Of a stretch of DNA of 64,000 bases, positions 36,847-49,018 are shown piece by piece. The position numbers and the translations under genes were made by a program. Source of the stretch: Vicugna vicugna. Taxonomy: Eukaryota. The notes under the pieces are model-generated. The model made no database searches and was not told the origin of the DNA. It saw nothing but the letters and a program-made list of their open reading frames with translations. Within the stretch, counting starts at the first letter, position 1, and each line of letters starts with the position of its first letter. The stretch lies in contig MU057719.1 of NCBI GenBank assembly GCA_013265495.1, forward strand, positions 994,001 to 1,058,000. Reading direction: 5' to 3'.

Positions 36847-38659
36847 GTATGAAGGTTGGGAAGGGCCCTTGGGCCCTGTGGCAGGTGGGGATTTATGACT
36901 CAGCTGGCTTTATGGGATGGGACCTGGTAGGTTTTCTTTGGCCCACGACAATGAACCTGGACAAGCCGTGAAGGGCACTGTCATGCCCATTTTGTAGATC
37001 AGGGTACTCCCAGCCTCTGGTCACGCCACCTGCCAGGGCGGGGCTGAGACTCGGGCTCCCAGGCAGCCTTCACTCCGATTAGCTGATTCACCAATTACCG
37101 GGAACCTGTGGGTGACAGGCTCACCTGGGGGCAGGGTAAACACGACTGCTGTTGCTTTATAGCCTTTTACCAACACCCATCACGTCAACATACAGAGCTC
37201 ACGTCACACTTTAAATACATTTATGAAGAACAGGTAACATCTTTCACTGCCTTTTATTATTCTAGCTTATGTTTGAAAACAAACTTGGTAGCTGTGAAAC
37301 AGCGTCCCCTTCAGAAGGAGAACCTGGTCAGCGCTGGTCAGCACCCAGTGCTCACGGCGCAAGAGGGCGGAACTGCCCCTGGGCTGGGCAATAGCGCTCC
37401 AGAGCACAGAAGGAGGGCAGTTTGGCTGCGACTCGTAGAGACACACACGTCGCCCGATGGCTTTCACAAAGACGTTTGTTAGACGGAGCTTCCTTTTGTT
37501 GGATGTTTATTCTGCGCTAGGCACGGAGGGAAATGCTGGACAGGCATTCTGGTGCTGCTCTCAACAGCCTGTCAGATGTACATTATTACCCACTTACACC
37601 TGAGGAAACGGAGGCTCCAGAGGTGAAGAAACGTGACCCAGGTTATGAGGCACAACGTGGCAAGGCCAGGACACAAGCCCTCCACCTGACTCCAAACCCA
37701 GGCTCCCAGGTGCCGGAGGGAGCGTCTCTGACTGACGGAAGTCTGGTCTGGGGTCAGCGCCCTGTCTTAGGGCTGAGGGTGCAGCCGACGCAGGTGCTGT
37801 AAACTTGGCACATGCGCCGAGGGACGCATTGCACATTCACCCCCGTGAGAGTTTACGAGCACCTGTTAGAGCCTGGTGGTTTAGAAGGCACAGGAATGCC
37901 TCGTCGGTGGGGCAGCCCCAGTCCTGAAGGATGTCAGGTCTGTGAGCAGGAGTAGACGGGTGACAGGCAGTTACAGGCGAGGGGATGTCACGAGAGTGGG
38001 TTCAGGATTCCCCGGCAGTCCTGGGAGGAAGACCACCCCTCCTTGATCTGGTAGAGCTGGACATGCCAGGGCTTCCTGGAGCCAAGTCTGGTCTAAGCAG
38101 CAAATGGAACTAATTACAGGCGGTCCCGGTATGGGAAAGGGTGTGACACTCATGGTGTGGGGGCTGTTGACCGGCAAAGGGCACCCCCTGGACTGCTGCA
38201 GGGCCCTTCTGGGGCCGAATCTCCATCTCAGAGCTGCCTCTGTTGTACTGTGGGCCAAATCCCGCCCCGGGAGCCCACCGTGCAGGGAGGGGCCACTTCA
38301 CAGGGACACACAGCAGCTCCCAGGAGGACGGGGCGCAGCTTCTGGGACCACTGGTGCTTGGATGTGGGGAGTCACAGCGGGGGAGAGGAGGGCAGAGAGG
38401 GGGCGGGGCTAAGAGTGGGATTCCAGCCTTCCATCATAGGACCCCGCCTAGCCCCACGTGTGGGGTGTGGGTCTCCCAGAGCCCTTGTCCCAGCCCAGCC
38501 TGGGGCGGCTGGAAAGGCTGCGATCGCCTCCCAGCTCTGACTTAGCTAGGGAGCTGCTGACCCTGTGAGCCGCAGCAACCCCCCACCCCGGGACCCCCGT
38601 GTTGGGCTTCTAGTGCTGTCTGCGGCAAGGTTGTTGCAAGACAGAAAGGAGGCATGGCT

Positions 38660-38835
38660 CTCCACTTTAGAGTGTGCACAGATCACTCAGGGAGCCTGTT
38701 AAAACGAGAGATTTCTGTATACACACCCCCTTCCCATCTGCTCAGGGCTCGAGTCAGGGAGTCTGGAATTGCATCTAAAAACCACCCCTCGGATGGGATG
38801 ATTCTCATGCAGGGGTCCCTGACCCACAGAGAGGA
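38660..38835. mobile_element. MER5A-like hAT-Charlie element
   Basis: gtgtgcacagatcactcagggagcctgttaaaa...gattctcatgcaggggtcc resembles MER5. Confidence 0.5.
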
Positions 38836-40071
38836 AGGTCGGGAGCACTTACAAGCTCTTAGTTATGGTAATGAGATTGTGTTAAAGTAGGGTGTGTAGG
38901 GGGTGGCAGGCAGCAGGACACTGTTTGGGGGGGTCTGCCTGCACACCCCGTTCTCTCCTCCCACCCCAGTGAGATGTCCCACTCGCTCTGTTCTGCTTGC
39001 GCTTCGTATCTGTTTCCTCAGGGGCCAGAGACCGAAAGGGTCAGCAGCAGAGTGTTGAAATCTCAGCCTCAAAACCACAGCATGTCTGCTCTCCCCTGCT
39101 GAGTGAGGACTCCACTTCACCCTCTTTTTTTGTCCCCCCAGCAATATTTTCAACCTGATTCCCAGATGGGAGCAGAGAGAAGAGTCTCAAAGGTAATGAA
39201 GGGGTCTTTGGAGTCAAGGTGGTTCCTTCTCGAAAGATCTAGGCCAGAAATAAAAATACGAGTATGTATTGAATTGGAGGTAACTGTAACCCAAGAAGCA
39301 CTCAGTATCCAGCTGAATCCAAGTTCCTCTCTCTACCAAGTTTTCTCAAACCCTAAAATAGAAGAGAGACAGAGTTGTGATTTCTGTTGGAGAGGACGCA
39401 GTTACAGCTGGCTGCAGCTCCAGGCCGGAGTTTGGGGAGGAATAGTGACCCGGGTTAATGGCAGTAAAGTCATTCCCTTCTGCTGCTCCGCTGGGGCCTC
39501 CCTGTGATGGGCGCCCATCAGCACGGAGTGGTAAGGGCTCATGTTTGCTCTCAGAGCTAATTTCTTCGGGGCCATCACTCTCCAGCTGATGGAGAACAGA
39601 TCAGGTGAAAGGCGCTAACCAGGCCGGGTCATGAGCCCAAGGGATCGGCCCTCAGAGCCAGACCTGGTCCAGCTCCCTCCCTCTGTCCAGCAGCAGGGGC
39701 GCCCAGCAAATGCTTGTTGGACAGAAGGGTGGATGAATGGGCTCAGCTGACCGGACTTTTCTCTCCCAACAGCCCGGAGGCCCATCACCTGCAGGACCAA
39801 CCTGACAGCCTGCCATTGAAGTAATGACTTTCACCTCCCTTTCACCCACAAAAGTTGGCATTCCTGAGCCTCACACAGCGCCTGGAGCCTTGTTAGGATG
39901 GGGACGACCCCACCAAGCTTCATCTGAGCTCCCCTCCCTGGTGGTCAGGGAAGTTCACCTGGGCTCAGCTGGGGGGTGAAGGGCGGAGGCAGGGGAGGAC
40001 GGTGAAGGGGGTACTTTGTTAACAAGATGCTACTTCGTTGTGACATGACTCGGAACCTTTCTTCTCTGCAG

Positions 40072-40128
40072 CCAGGATAAACACACCGTGGTTCTGCACC
40101 GGCTGCTGCTGGAGAAGACGGAGGTCAG
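40072..40128 (+). CDS. ABO: ABO-family exon 3 (SQDKHTVVLHRLLLEKTEV)
   Basis: cttctctgcag acceptor and gtaggg donor; 57 nt, phase 2/2, the same size as recalled human ABO exon 3; open in frame. Confidence 0.78.
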
Positions 40129-40511
40129 GTAGGGTGGGAGCTGGGCTTCCAGGGGTGAGGGGGGCATTGCCAGAGCTGCTTTTGGGATTTCAGGGCCCCT
40201 GGTCCTACCTCCCACATCGCCCCTCTCCCCGCCCCCGCCCCCAGGAGCAGGGCTGGCCTCAGGCCAGTTTATCACCATGGGGTGGAATCCCTTTGGGCAG
40301 AGCTGAGCACCAAGCTCCCAGAGGTTTCCTGGCCCGGCTTACCATCATTGGTCCCCTCACCTGGCCACAGGGCCCAAGCTTTGCAGCCATGGGGAGCTTT
40401 CCTCGGGAGAGACTGTTGCCTGCTGGCCCTCAGGAGTCCTGGCTGGTCTGGCACAGCAGTGCCTCTCCCAGGCCCCTGCCCTCGGCTCTAAGTGCTGTTT
40501 TCCTCCCTCAG

Positions 40512-40559
40512 TGAGGGCGACTGCCACATGGACACCTGCAAGATACCTGAAGTGCCCAG
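40512..40559 (+). CDS. ABO: ABO-family exon 4 (SEGDCHMDTCKIPEVP)
   Basis: tcctccctcag acceptor and gtatgg donor; 48 nt, phase 2/2, the same size as human exon 4; ends VPR (human LPR). Confidence 0.8.
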
Positions 40560-41364
40560 GTATGGAGACCACACCTGTGGGCTGTATCCGTGCCTGCTTC
40601 CAAGCAAGTCAACCGGTGCTCCCCCTTCATCCTCCTCCTTCACCCTCCTCTCCTCCCTCAGAGCCTGACTCCTGGGGAAGGAAGACACAAGGGAAGGGGG
40701 GAGGGTGGTCATGACAACGGGAGCGGGAGGAACAACCTGGAGCGGGCATTCCATGGTGGGACTCACAGGTGAGTCCAGTTGATCTTGGGCCTCGTGGCTG
40801 CCCCCGCCCAGCTGCCTTTCCTGGGGTGACTCAGCCCCAGTGACTCAGCCCCCAGCTCTGCTGAAAACTGACAGTGTGGTCAGTGGGGCGTGGAGGGAAG
40901 GAGACAGCAGGGAGGCAGTGGGGCGGGTGGTGAGGTGGTTCCCGTGGGAGGAGGAAGGGGGATGGAGTTGGGGTGGGCCAGCCCGGCGCTCCCCATTCCC
41001 TGAATAAAAGCAGGACTTGAAGACTTTAGTCATAATGAGTGAGATCACAGGAAGGACTTACAAGGAGAGGAGAGACATGGGGTGGGGGCGGTGTCTCTAA
41101 CCGAAGCAACTATCATAACACACTTAGCGAAATCCTCCTTTCCTTTCCTCGTATTTCAGCCCCATTAGTTTATCACTGGGGAGGCGCGTGTATTCTCAGG
41201 GCTGGGCGGGCAGGACTGAAGGAAAGATGGAAGAAGGAAGTCCCTATGGCTGAGTGCCACCTCCTGGCACAGCTGGCAGGCTGATCCGGGAAGGGGCGCC
41301 TTGCAGCTCTGGGGCGTCTGGGATGTGGGTGGGCTCTCCTCATGCTGTCTTGTCCTGTCCGCAG

Positions 41365-41400
41365 GTTGGTTTACCCCAAGGCTCAGGTCCTCCAGCCCAC
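41365..41400 (+). CDS. ABO: ABO-family exon 5 (RLVYPKAQVLQP)
   Basis: ccgcag acceptor and gtaagt donor; 36 nt; similar to human RMVYPQPKVLTP. Confidence 0.92.
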
Positions 41401-41969
41401 GTAAGTAGGCGCGTCCCCACCGGCACCGCTTACTTTGTGTTTCCCTCTCTCGTGCTCCTCTGCCTGGCTCCAACCTCCCTGTCACTGCTGTAGGAGGCTG
41501 GGTCAGTTTTTCATGGGCTTGGTACAAAGGAGCAGTGGAAGGTGCCTTTGAGTCTTGGTCACTAGGAGCCAGGTGGGCCAGGCGTGGAACTGTCTCTTGT
41601 TTCTTCTTAGGGAAGAACGCCAGGGGCCTGGGCTGGGCTCTCCCTGAGGTCTTTCCACTGGTGTAAACGTCTGGGGGACAATGGTTCCACACGCAGTTGC
41701 CTGGCCCCAAATCCACCCCTCCTTAGCCAGGGCCCACTCCTCCTGCCTTCAGTGCCCAGGAGAGAGGGCGGGCAGCCTGTCGCCCTGGCACCGGATCCCA
41801 GAGCTTCGGGGCAGGAAGGTAGCCCAGAGACCCTTCTGATCGGTCCTTGCTTTATAAGCAGGGAAACTGAGGCTCGGAGAAGGGGAGGAACTTGCCTGGG
41901 GCCCTGCAATAGCTGAGGGGCAGGGCAGGATGCAAGCCCAGCGGCTTCCGTGGTGGCATGCCACCCCCT

Positions 41970-42310
41970 TCCAGGAGCGCTGGAAATGCTCACTGTCCTT
42001 CGTGAAACCTACGCCCGTATCTCCGTGGATTTATACAGCCACCATCTGCCTGTGGTCATGGACACTTGAGATGGGAGCGTTCTCGAATGAGAGGTGCTGT
42101 CAGTGCGAAATACACACCAGATTTCAAGCACTTAGCACACGACAAATGTCAAACATCTCATTTCAATATTGATGACATACTGAAATGGTACTTTGGACAC
42201 ACTGGGTTAAACAAAATATACCAAGTTAACGTAATTTTCCCTGATTCCTTTCACTTTTCTGAGGCTCCTGGACAATCTTTAGTTCTGTCTGTCTCCAGTG
42301 GACAGTGCAG
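41970..42310. mobile_element. MER33-like hAT-Charlie element
   Basis: gagaggtgctgtcagtgcgaaatacacaccagatttcaa...ttggacacactgggttaaacaaaatat resembles MER33. Confidence 0.6.
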
Positions 42311-42509
42311 ATCCGGAGGGACAAGTTGGCAGGAGCCCTGTTGGTGTATCCTGATGGTGTGCTATCACAGGGACCACGAGTGAGAGATACTCGTGAAGTA
42401 AGAGTCGGGGAGAGGTGAGAGGCGTCTGTGCAGGCTGGAGGGAAAGAGGTCGGGGCATGGAGGACACAGGACAGGAGGAGCCCCGGAGGCGGGAGGGGGC
42501 TTGAAGCTC

Positions 42510-43190
42510 AGCTTTGCCCCTAAAAACTCTTGTTTCCTCTACTCTCAGCAAGCGTGTGGGTTTCCCACCCGAGCAATCCTGGCGCTCCCCGCAGTCAGCA
42601 CGGACCCCACGGGGGGAGGACTCAGCCTGGCAGACTGGCCCCGTTTCACCTGCTGGTCACAAGTACAGGGTTGTCACCTGTGCTTCTGACAGAGTGGGTG
42701 TAAATCAGGGTCCCACCACCCCCTCCTTGGGTTTGATCATTTGCTGGAATGCTCACGGAACCCAAGAAAGCAGCTTGCTTACTGGAATCTTGGTTTGTTA
42801 TAAATGATCAGCTCAGGGACCGGCCGATGGAGGAGGTAAATTGGCAAGGAGTGGGGGCGGGGCTTCCACGCCCTCCCCCGGTGCCTCTTCCTCCCAGCAG
42901 CTCCATCTGCCCACCAGCCCAGAAGCTCTCCAAACCCCACCGTTTCGGGATTTTTATGGAGGCTTCATCACGTTGGCACGACTGGTTATTAGCTCAATCT
43001 CCAGCCCCCTCCCTTCCCAGGAGGATGGGATATGGGCTTAGTTTATCCAGAGACCAGCCCCCCATCTTGCATTACCCAGGAGCCCACCCAGAGTCACCTC
43101 ATTAGAACAAAAGATGCTTCTATGACCTTAAAGCTCTGGTCAGGTAAGGGGAGGGGAGTGGCAGAGACCAAACATACTCTTCCTCTCATG
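42510..43190. mobile_element. MER21-like LTR
   Basis: gttgtcacctgtgcttctgac...ccccctccttgggtttgatcatttgctgga...gatttttatggaggcttcatcac is characteristic of MER21. Confidence 0.7.
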
Positions 43191-43531
43191 GCAAAGTCCC
43201 GAGTGCTGGAGAGGGCTCAGCCTTGCCCTCACTGAGACCCAGCTCCTCCTGGAGACAGGACTGGGAGGCCTCAGAGGAGCGTCCCGTGGGACCCAGCACG
43301 TGGCTGGTGCTCGGGAGACCCTCCCAGGTAGGGCCCAGAGGGGACAGGAGTGTTAAGTGTTGAGTGCTGAGCTTATGGTGCAAAGGAAGAGCGCTGGGTT
43401 GGGAGTCTGGAGTCCAGTCTGCTCCTAGCTCTGCTGCTCACGGGCTGTGTGACTTTGGACCAATCCTTCCTTCCCCTTTGTGGCCAATATCGCTGTGCCC
43501 TGCTCTAACCCACTGTCTCTCCTCTCCCCAG

Positions 43532-43660
43532 GAGAACGGATGTGCTGGTCATGACCCCGTGGTTTGCTCTCATCGTCTGGGATGGGACCTTTGACTCTGC
43601 CATCCTGGACGCCCAATTTAGAAACACCACCATTGGGCTGACCATATTTGCCATCAAAAA
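43532..43660 (+). CDS. ABO: ABO-family exon 6 ([43 protein letters not shown])
   Basis: ctctccccag acceptor and gtaagt donor; 129 nt, phase 2/2; GT6 motifs TPW..IVWxGTF and NTTIGLTxFAIK. Confidence 0.95.
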
Positions 43661-43984
43661 GTAAGTGAGGAAGCTTGCCCAGGGTCAGCGAGGAAGCCAG
43701 CCTGGCAGCAGAGGGGCCCTCCTCTCTTGGTGTCCCTTCTTTCCAGGACAAGGGGCTCAGCTTACAGTGTGGGCGAGGGGTGCAGAGGCATGAGTGTCTC
43801 TGGGTGCAGGTGAACTTAGTGGGTTCTGCAGGGGGACCTTGCGGCAGTCCCACGCCTCAGAGTCATCTGCTCCAGAGGTCCCTTTCAGAGACAGGTAGCT
43901 GACGCTGACCACTTCCAAGTGCCAGGGGCTTATCGCCGCCGCAGCCCGCAGGCACGGCTGCTGAGTCTGTTGCCCGGGGAAGTT

Positions 43985-46900
43985 GATTATATCTAACAGT
44001 TTTATGGTGGAGCTTTTAGGATTTTCTCTGTATAAAATCATGTCATGTACAAACAGAGACCATTTTACTTCTTCCTTTCTGATTCAGGTGCCTTCCATTT
44101 CTTTTTCTTGCCTGATTGCTCTGGCTAGGACTCTCAGTACTCTGTTGAACAGGGGTGGCAAGAGTGGGCATCCTCGTCCTGTTCCTGATCTTAGGGGAAA
44201 AGCTTTCAGCCTTTCACCACTGAGTATGATGTCAGCTGTGGGCGTGTCGTACGTGGCTTTACTATGTTGAGGTACATTCCTTCTATACCCAAATGTGTTG
44301 AGAGTTTTTACGATGAAAGCATGTTGAATTTTGTCACATGCTTTTTCTGCGTCTCTTGAGATGATCTTATGATTTTTCCCTTCACTCTGTAAATGTGGAG
44401 CATCATTTATTGATTTGCGTCTGTTGAGCCATCCTTGCATCCGATGGTTAATCCACTTGATCGTGGTGTGTAATCATTTGAATGTGCTTTTGAATTTGAT
44501 ATGCATATGTTTTGTTGAGAATTTTTGCATCTGTATTCACCAAAGATATTTGCCTATAGTTTTCTTTTCTTGTGATGTTCTTTATCTGGCTTTAATGTCA
44601 GGGTGACTCTGGCCAGGTAAAATGAGTTTGGGAATATTCCCTTCTCTTCAGTTTTTTGGAAGAGTTTGAGAAACACTGGCATTGATTCTTCTTTAAATAA
44701 CTGGTAAAATTCAGTGAAACCATCTGTCCCTGGGCTTTACTTTCATGAGAGATTTTTGATTACTGATTAAATCTCCTTTCTCATTATTGCTCTGTTCAGA
44801 TCTTGTTTCTTCATGATCCAGTCTTGGTAGGGTGTATGTTTCTAGGAATTGATCCACTTCGAGGTTGTCCAGTTTGTGATGGTTGGTTGTTCCTAGCAGT
44901 CTTTCACAGTCCTTTGTATTTCTGTGGTATCGGTTGCAATGTTTCCTCTTTCATTTATACTTTTATTTATTTGTGTCTTCTCTGTTTTTTTCCTTGATTA
45001 GTCTAGCTACATGCTTGTCCATCTTGTTTATCTTTCCAAAGAGCCAGTTCCTGGTTTCTTTTTAAATTGCTTTCCTGTTCTCCGTTTCATTTATTTCTGA
45101 CTTAACCTTTATTAGTTCTTTCCTTCTGCTGACTTTAGGCTCTGTTCTTCTTTTTCTTGTCCCATGAGGTGTAGAGTTGGTTGCTTATTTGAGATCTTCC
45201 CTTTTTTAAAAAAATGCGTGTATCACTATAGACTTCCCTCTTGGGACCGCTTTGGCTCCACAGGCACGCTTTGGGATCTTGTGACTTCACTTCCATTTGT
45301 CTCGAGGTGCTTTCTGATTCCCCTCTTGATTCCTTCTTGAACCCGTTGGTTGCGCAGGAGTGTGCTGTTTGATTTCCCTGCGTCTGGGGCTTTTCCAGCT
45401 TTCCTCCCGTTATGATTTCCAGTTTCACACCGCGTGGTCAGAAAAGATGCTGGGTGTGGTTTCAGTATTTTTGAGCTACACCCTCCCCCCTTTATGGTTT
45501 CAGTATTTTTAAGTTTGCTAAGACTTGTTTTGTGGCCCAGCGTGGGATACAGTCTAGAGAACGTCCATGTGCACTGGAGAAGAACGTGCATTCTGCTGCT
45601 GGATGGGCCATTCCTTAAACGTTTGTCAGGTTCGTTTGGGTCTATAGTGTTGTCAGATCTGCTGATAACTTACGCTTCTCTTCTGGATGCTCTATCCATT
45701 TTTGCAAGTGGGATATTAAAGTCCCCAACTAATATTCTATTGCTGTTTGTTTCTCCTTTTCATTCTGTTAGTTTTTGCTGTATACGGCTAGGTACATAAA
45801 TACTTACAATTGCTATACCTCCTTGATGGATTGACCCTTTCATCATTATATAACGACTTCTTTGTCTCTTTTGACCATTTTTAGCTTAAAGTCTGTTTTG
45901 TCTGATATAAATATAGCTACTCCTTCCTTCTTCTGGTTACCATTTGCTTGAAATACCTTTTTCTACCCCTTCACTGTCAGTCTGTGAGTGTCTTTAAAGC
46001 CAAAATGAATCTCTTGTAGGGAGCTTTCTGTTGGATCTTGTGTTTAAAAATATTTTATCCGTTCAGCCATCTTGTGTCTTTTGACTGGACAGTTCAATCC
46101 TTTTATGTTAAAAATAGTTTAAAGTAACTATTGATAGGCAAGAACTTGGTTTTGCCATGTGAGTAATTGTCTTCTGACTGTTTTGCAGACCCTTGTAGCT
46201 TGCTTTGTTCTCTGGCTGTCTTCTGAGGCTTGATAACTTTTTGTAGTAGTGGTTTTGTCTCCTTTATCAGAGTATTCTGTGTCTCTAATACAGGGTTTTC
46301 CTTTGCCATTACTATGAGCTTACATAAAACATCTTATATTTATACCTGCCTATTTTAAGCGGAGAGCAGTCTAACTTTGATGGTGTACATAAACTGTATA
46401 TTTTAATTTCTCCCTCTCTCACATTTTAGGTTATATAATTTATATATTGTTGTACTGTGTATACACTAAACATATTGTAGTTATGGTTATTTTTAATACG
46501 TTTGTTTTTCAGCTTTTAAACTAGAATTGTAAGTGAAATACATACCACTATTACAATATTATGGAACCTAACTTTATATATTTACTATTACCAGCGAATT
46601 TATTTATATATTAATATGTTTTTATGGTATCAATTAACATCCTTTGCTTTCTGCTTAAGGAATGGAGTGCTCCAGCATTTCTCATAAGGAAGGGCCAGTG
46701 GTGATGAATTCCCTCAGCTTTTGTTTGGGAAAGTCTTTATCTTCCCTTCCTTCCTGAAGGAGAGTTTTGCTGTGTAGTATTCTCGGCTGAGAGCTTTTTC
46801 TTTCAATTTTTTGAATATATCATCCCACTCTCTCTTGGCCTGCAAAATTTCTTTTAAGAAATCTACCCATAGGTATGGCGGTTCCCTGGTTTGTGATGAC

Positions 46901-47330
46901 TCACTTTTCTCTTGCTGCTTTCAAAATTGTCTCTGTGTGTTTGACTTTTGACAAAGTAATGATAATGTGACTCGGGGTAGCCCTTTTCAGGTTCAATCTT
47001 TTTGGTGTCCTTTGGGCATCATGAACCTGGATGTCCATTCTGTCATTTGGGTAGTTTTCAGTAATTATTACTTTAAATATACTTTCTGTCCCTTTTTCTT
47101 TCTCTTTTTCTGGGATTCCCATAATGAGTATATTATTTCTTTCTGTGGTGTCTTATCAGTCCCACAGACTTCACAATAAATATTGTATTGTACACGCTTC
47201 ATCACTAATCTATTCATCTGTTCATCCTTTTGTCCTCCCAGCAGTCCACATTGACTCTGATATAAGTGCAATTCAATTTTGGACATCACAATCCCTCGAC
47301 CCAATACTTCTCCATGCGTATCACTAGCTA
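43985..47330 (-). mobile_element. About 3.3-kb antisense LINE-1 (ORF1, EN and RT remnants) in ABO intron 6
   Basis: Minus-strand ORF fragments with L1 peptides: [68 protein letters not shown]. Confidence 0.92.
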
Positions 47331-49018
47331 GAGTTCACTGTGTGTTTACAGATTTTCTCTCTTCTAGGTAAAATGCACATACAATGAAGTGAACATACTG
47401 TCATTGCGTTCTTGCCGAATGTTGACAAATACACGTAACTGTGTAACCAAAATCCTCTTCTACTCATATAGCATTGCCATCATCCCTGAAAGTTCCCTCA
47501 TGCCCCTTCCCAGTCAACACCCATTGCTGCTTTCTCACTGGCAATGCCTGTTCTGATTTATATCTGCTATAAGATTATTTTTGCCTGCTGCAATTATAAA
47601 GTATGTGCTCTTTTCTGTTGCCTTTTCCAACTAAGAATAATTATTTTCCGATTTATCCACGATTTTGAATGGCTCAGTAGCTCTGTCCTCTTTGCTGGTG
47701 AGCAGTATTTAATCACATGTATTTATTATAGTTGGTTTATTAATACTCCTTTGGATGGACACCTGGGGTGTTTCCAGGTTTTGTCTATTATGAGTTAGTA
47801 TTAATGTCATTGGGTAAATCCTTTGTGGACACTGGGTTTAACTGAACATCTAGGAGCAGAAATGTTCAGTCCTAGGTTACATATGTGTTTAGTTTTGTAA
47901 AAAATTCCAGGCACTTCTCCAAATTGACTGTAGCATTTTATGTCCCCACCCACAACACACAGAAATTCTGGCTGCTCGACATGCTTACCAGCATTTGATG
48001 ACATGATTTGCCAAAAAGTTTTATACCTGAATCTTTGTAGATGCTTGTGAGTAGGTCTGTTGGGTAGATTCCTGGAAGTGGAATTGGGGGAAGGATATCC
48101 ACATGTAAAATCTTGATATATTTTTTCATATGCCCTCTGGAAGGATTAAAAAAATTGATCTTTTCATTAGTGGCATATGAGTGTATTTGTCTCCTCTTAT
48201 CCTCAACCATATTGAATTATTCACTTATTCATTTGTTCAAAAGATCTTTACTAAACACCAGGGTATTCCAGGAGCCACCCTGCCCAGAACAGAGGAAGGA
48301 GGAGAGACAGGAAGGAGACAAGGTCAGGGCAGGTCTTGTAGGACCTGGTAGACCACTGAGGGCCATGGATTGCTTTTTTTTTTAAAAAGACAGTAAGTCT
48401 CTGGAGCATCCTGAGCTGGGAGATATCCATCATATGGGTATTATCTGTCCTTTGAACCATTGGCAACCTTGTTGATTAATAAAATGTCTTATGGTTGAAA
48501 ATATTTGCTCAACCCCAAGCAATCCGAATCTCTCCTCTTACTATCCAGTCAGGGTACCTTGTCTTTAGCTAGTGGAATGGCAATAATTTTTATTTTTATT
48601 TTTTGATTTTTAATTGTGGTAAAATGCACATAACAAAATCAACCATCTTGCCTATTTTTAAGTATACTATTCAGTAGTGTTGGGTATTCACGTTGTTGTA
48701 CAGCCATCACCACTGTCCATCGCCAGAACTGTTCTCATCTTGCGAAACTGAATGTCTGTGCCCCCTAAGCAATAGCTCCCCTCCCCCTCCCCCAGTCTCT
48801 GGCAACGGCCGTCCTACTTTCTGTCTCTATGAATGTGCCTATTCTAGGCACTTCGTGTAAGTGGGATCACATAGTACCTGCCTTTTTGTGATTGGCTTGT
48901 TTCACTTGGCGGAATGTCCTCAAGGTGTGCCTAAGGCCTTAAGAACTAAGCCTATTCTTTTGCCGCTGCTTTGGTCCTAAGTAACTGCCTCTCGTTCCGG
49001 GGTGCTTACTGGTTTCAG

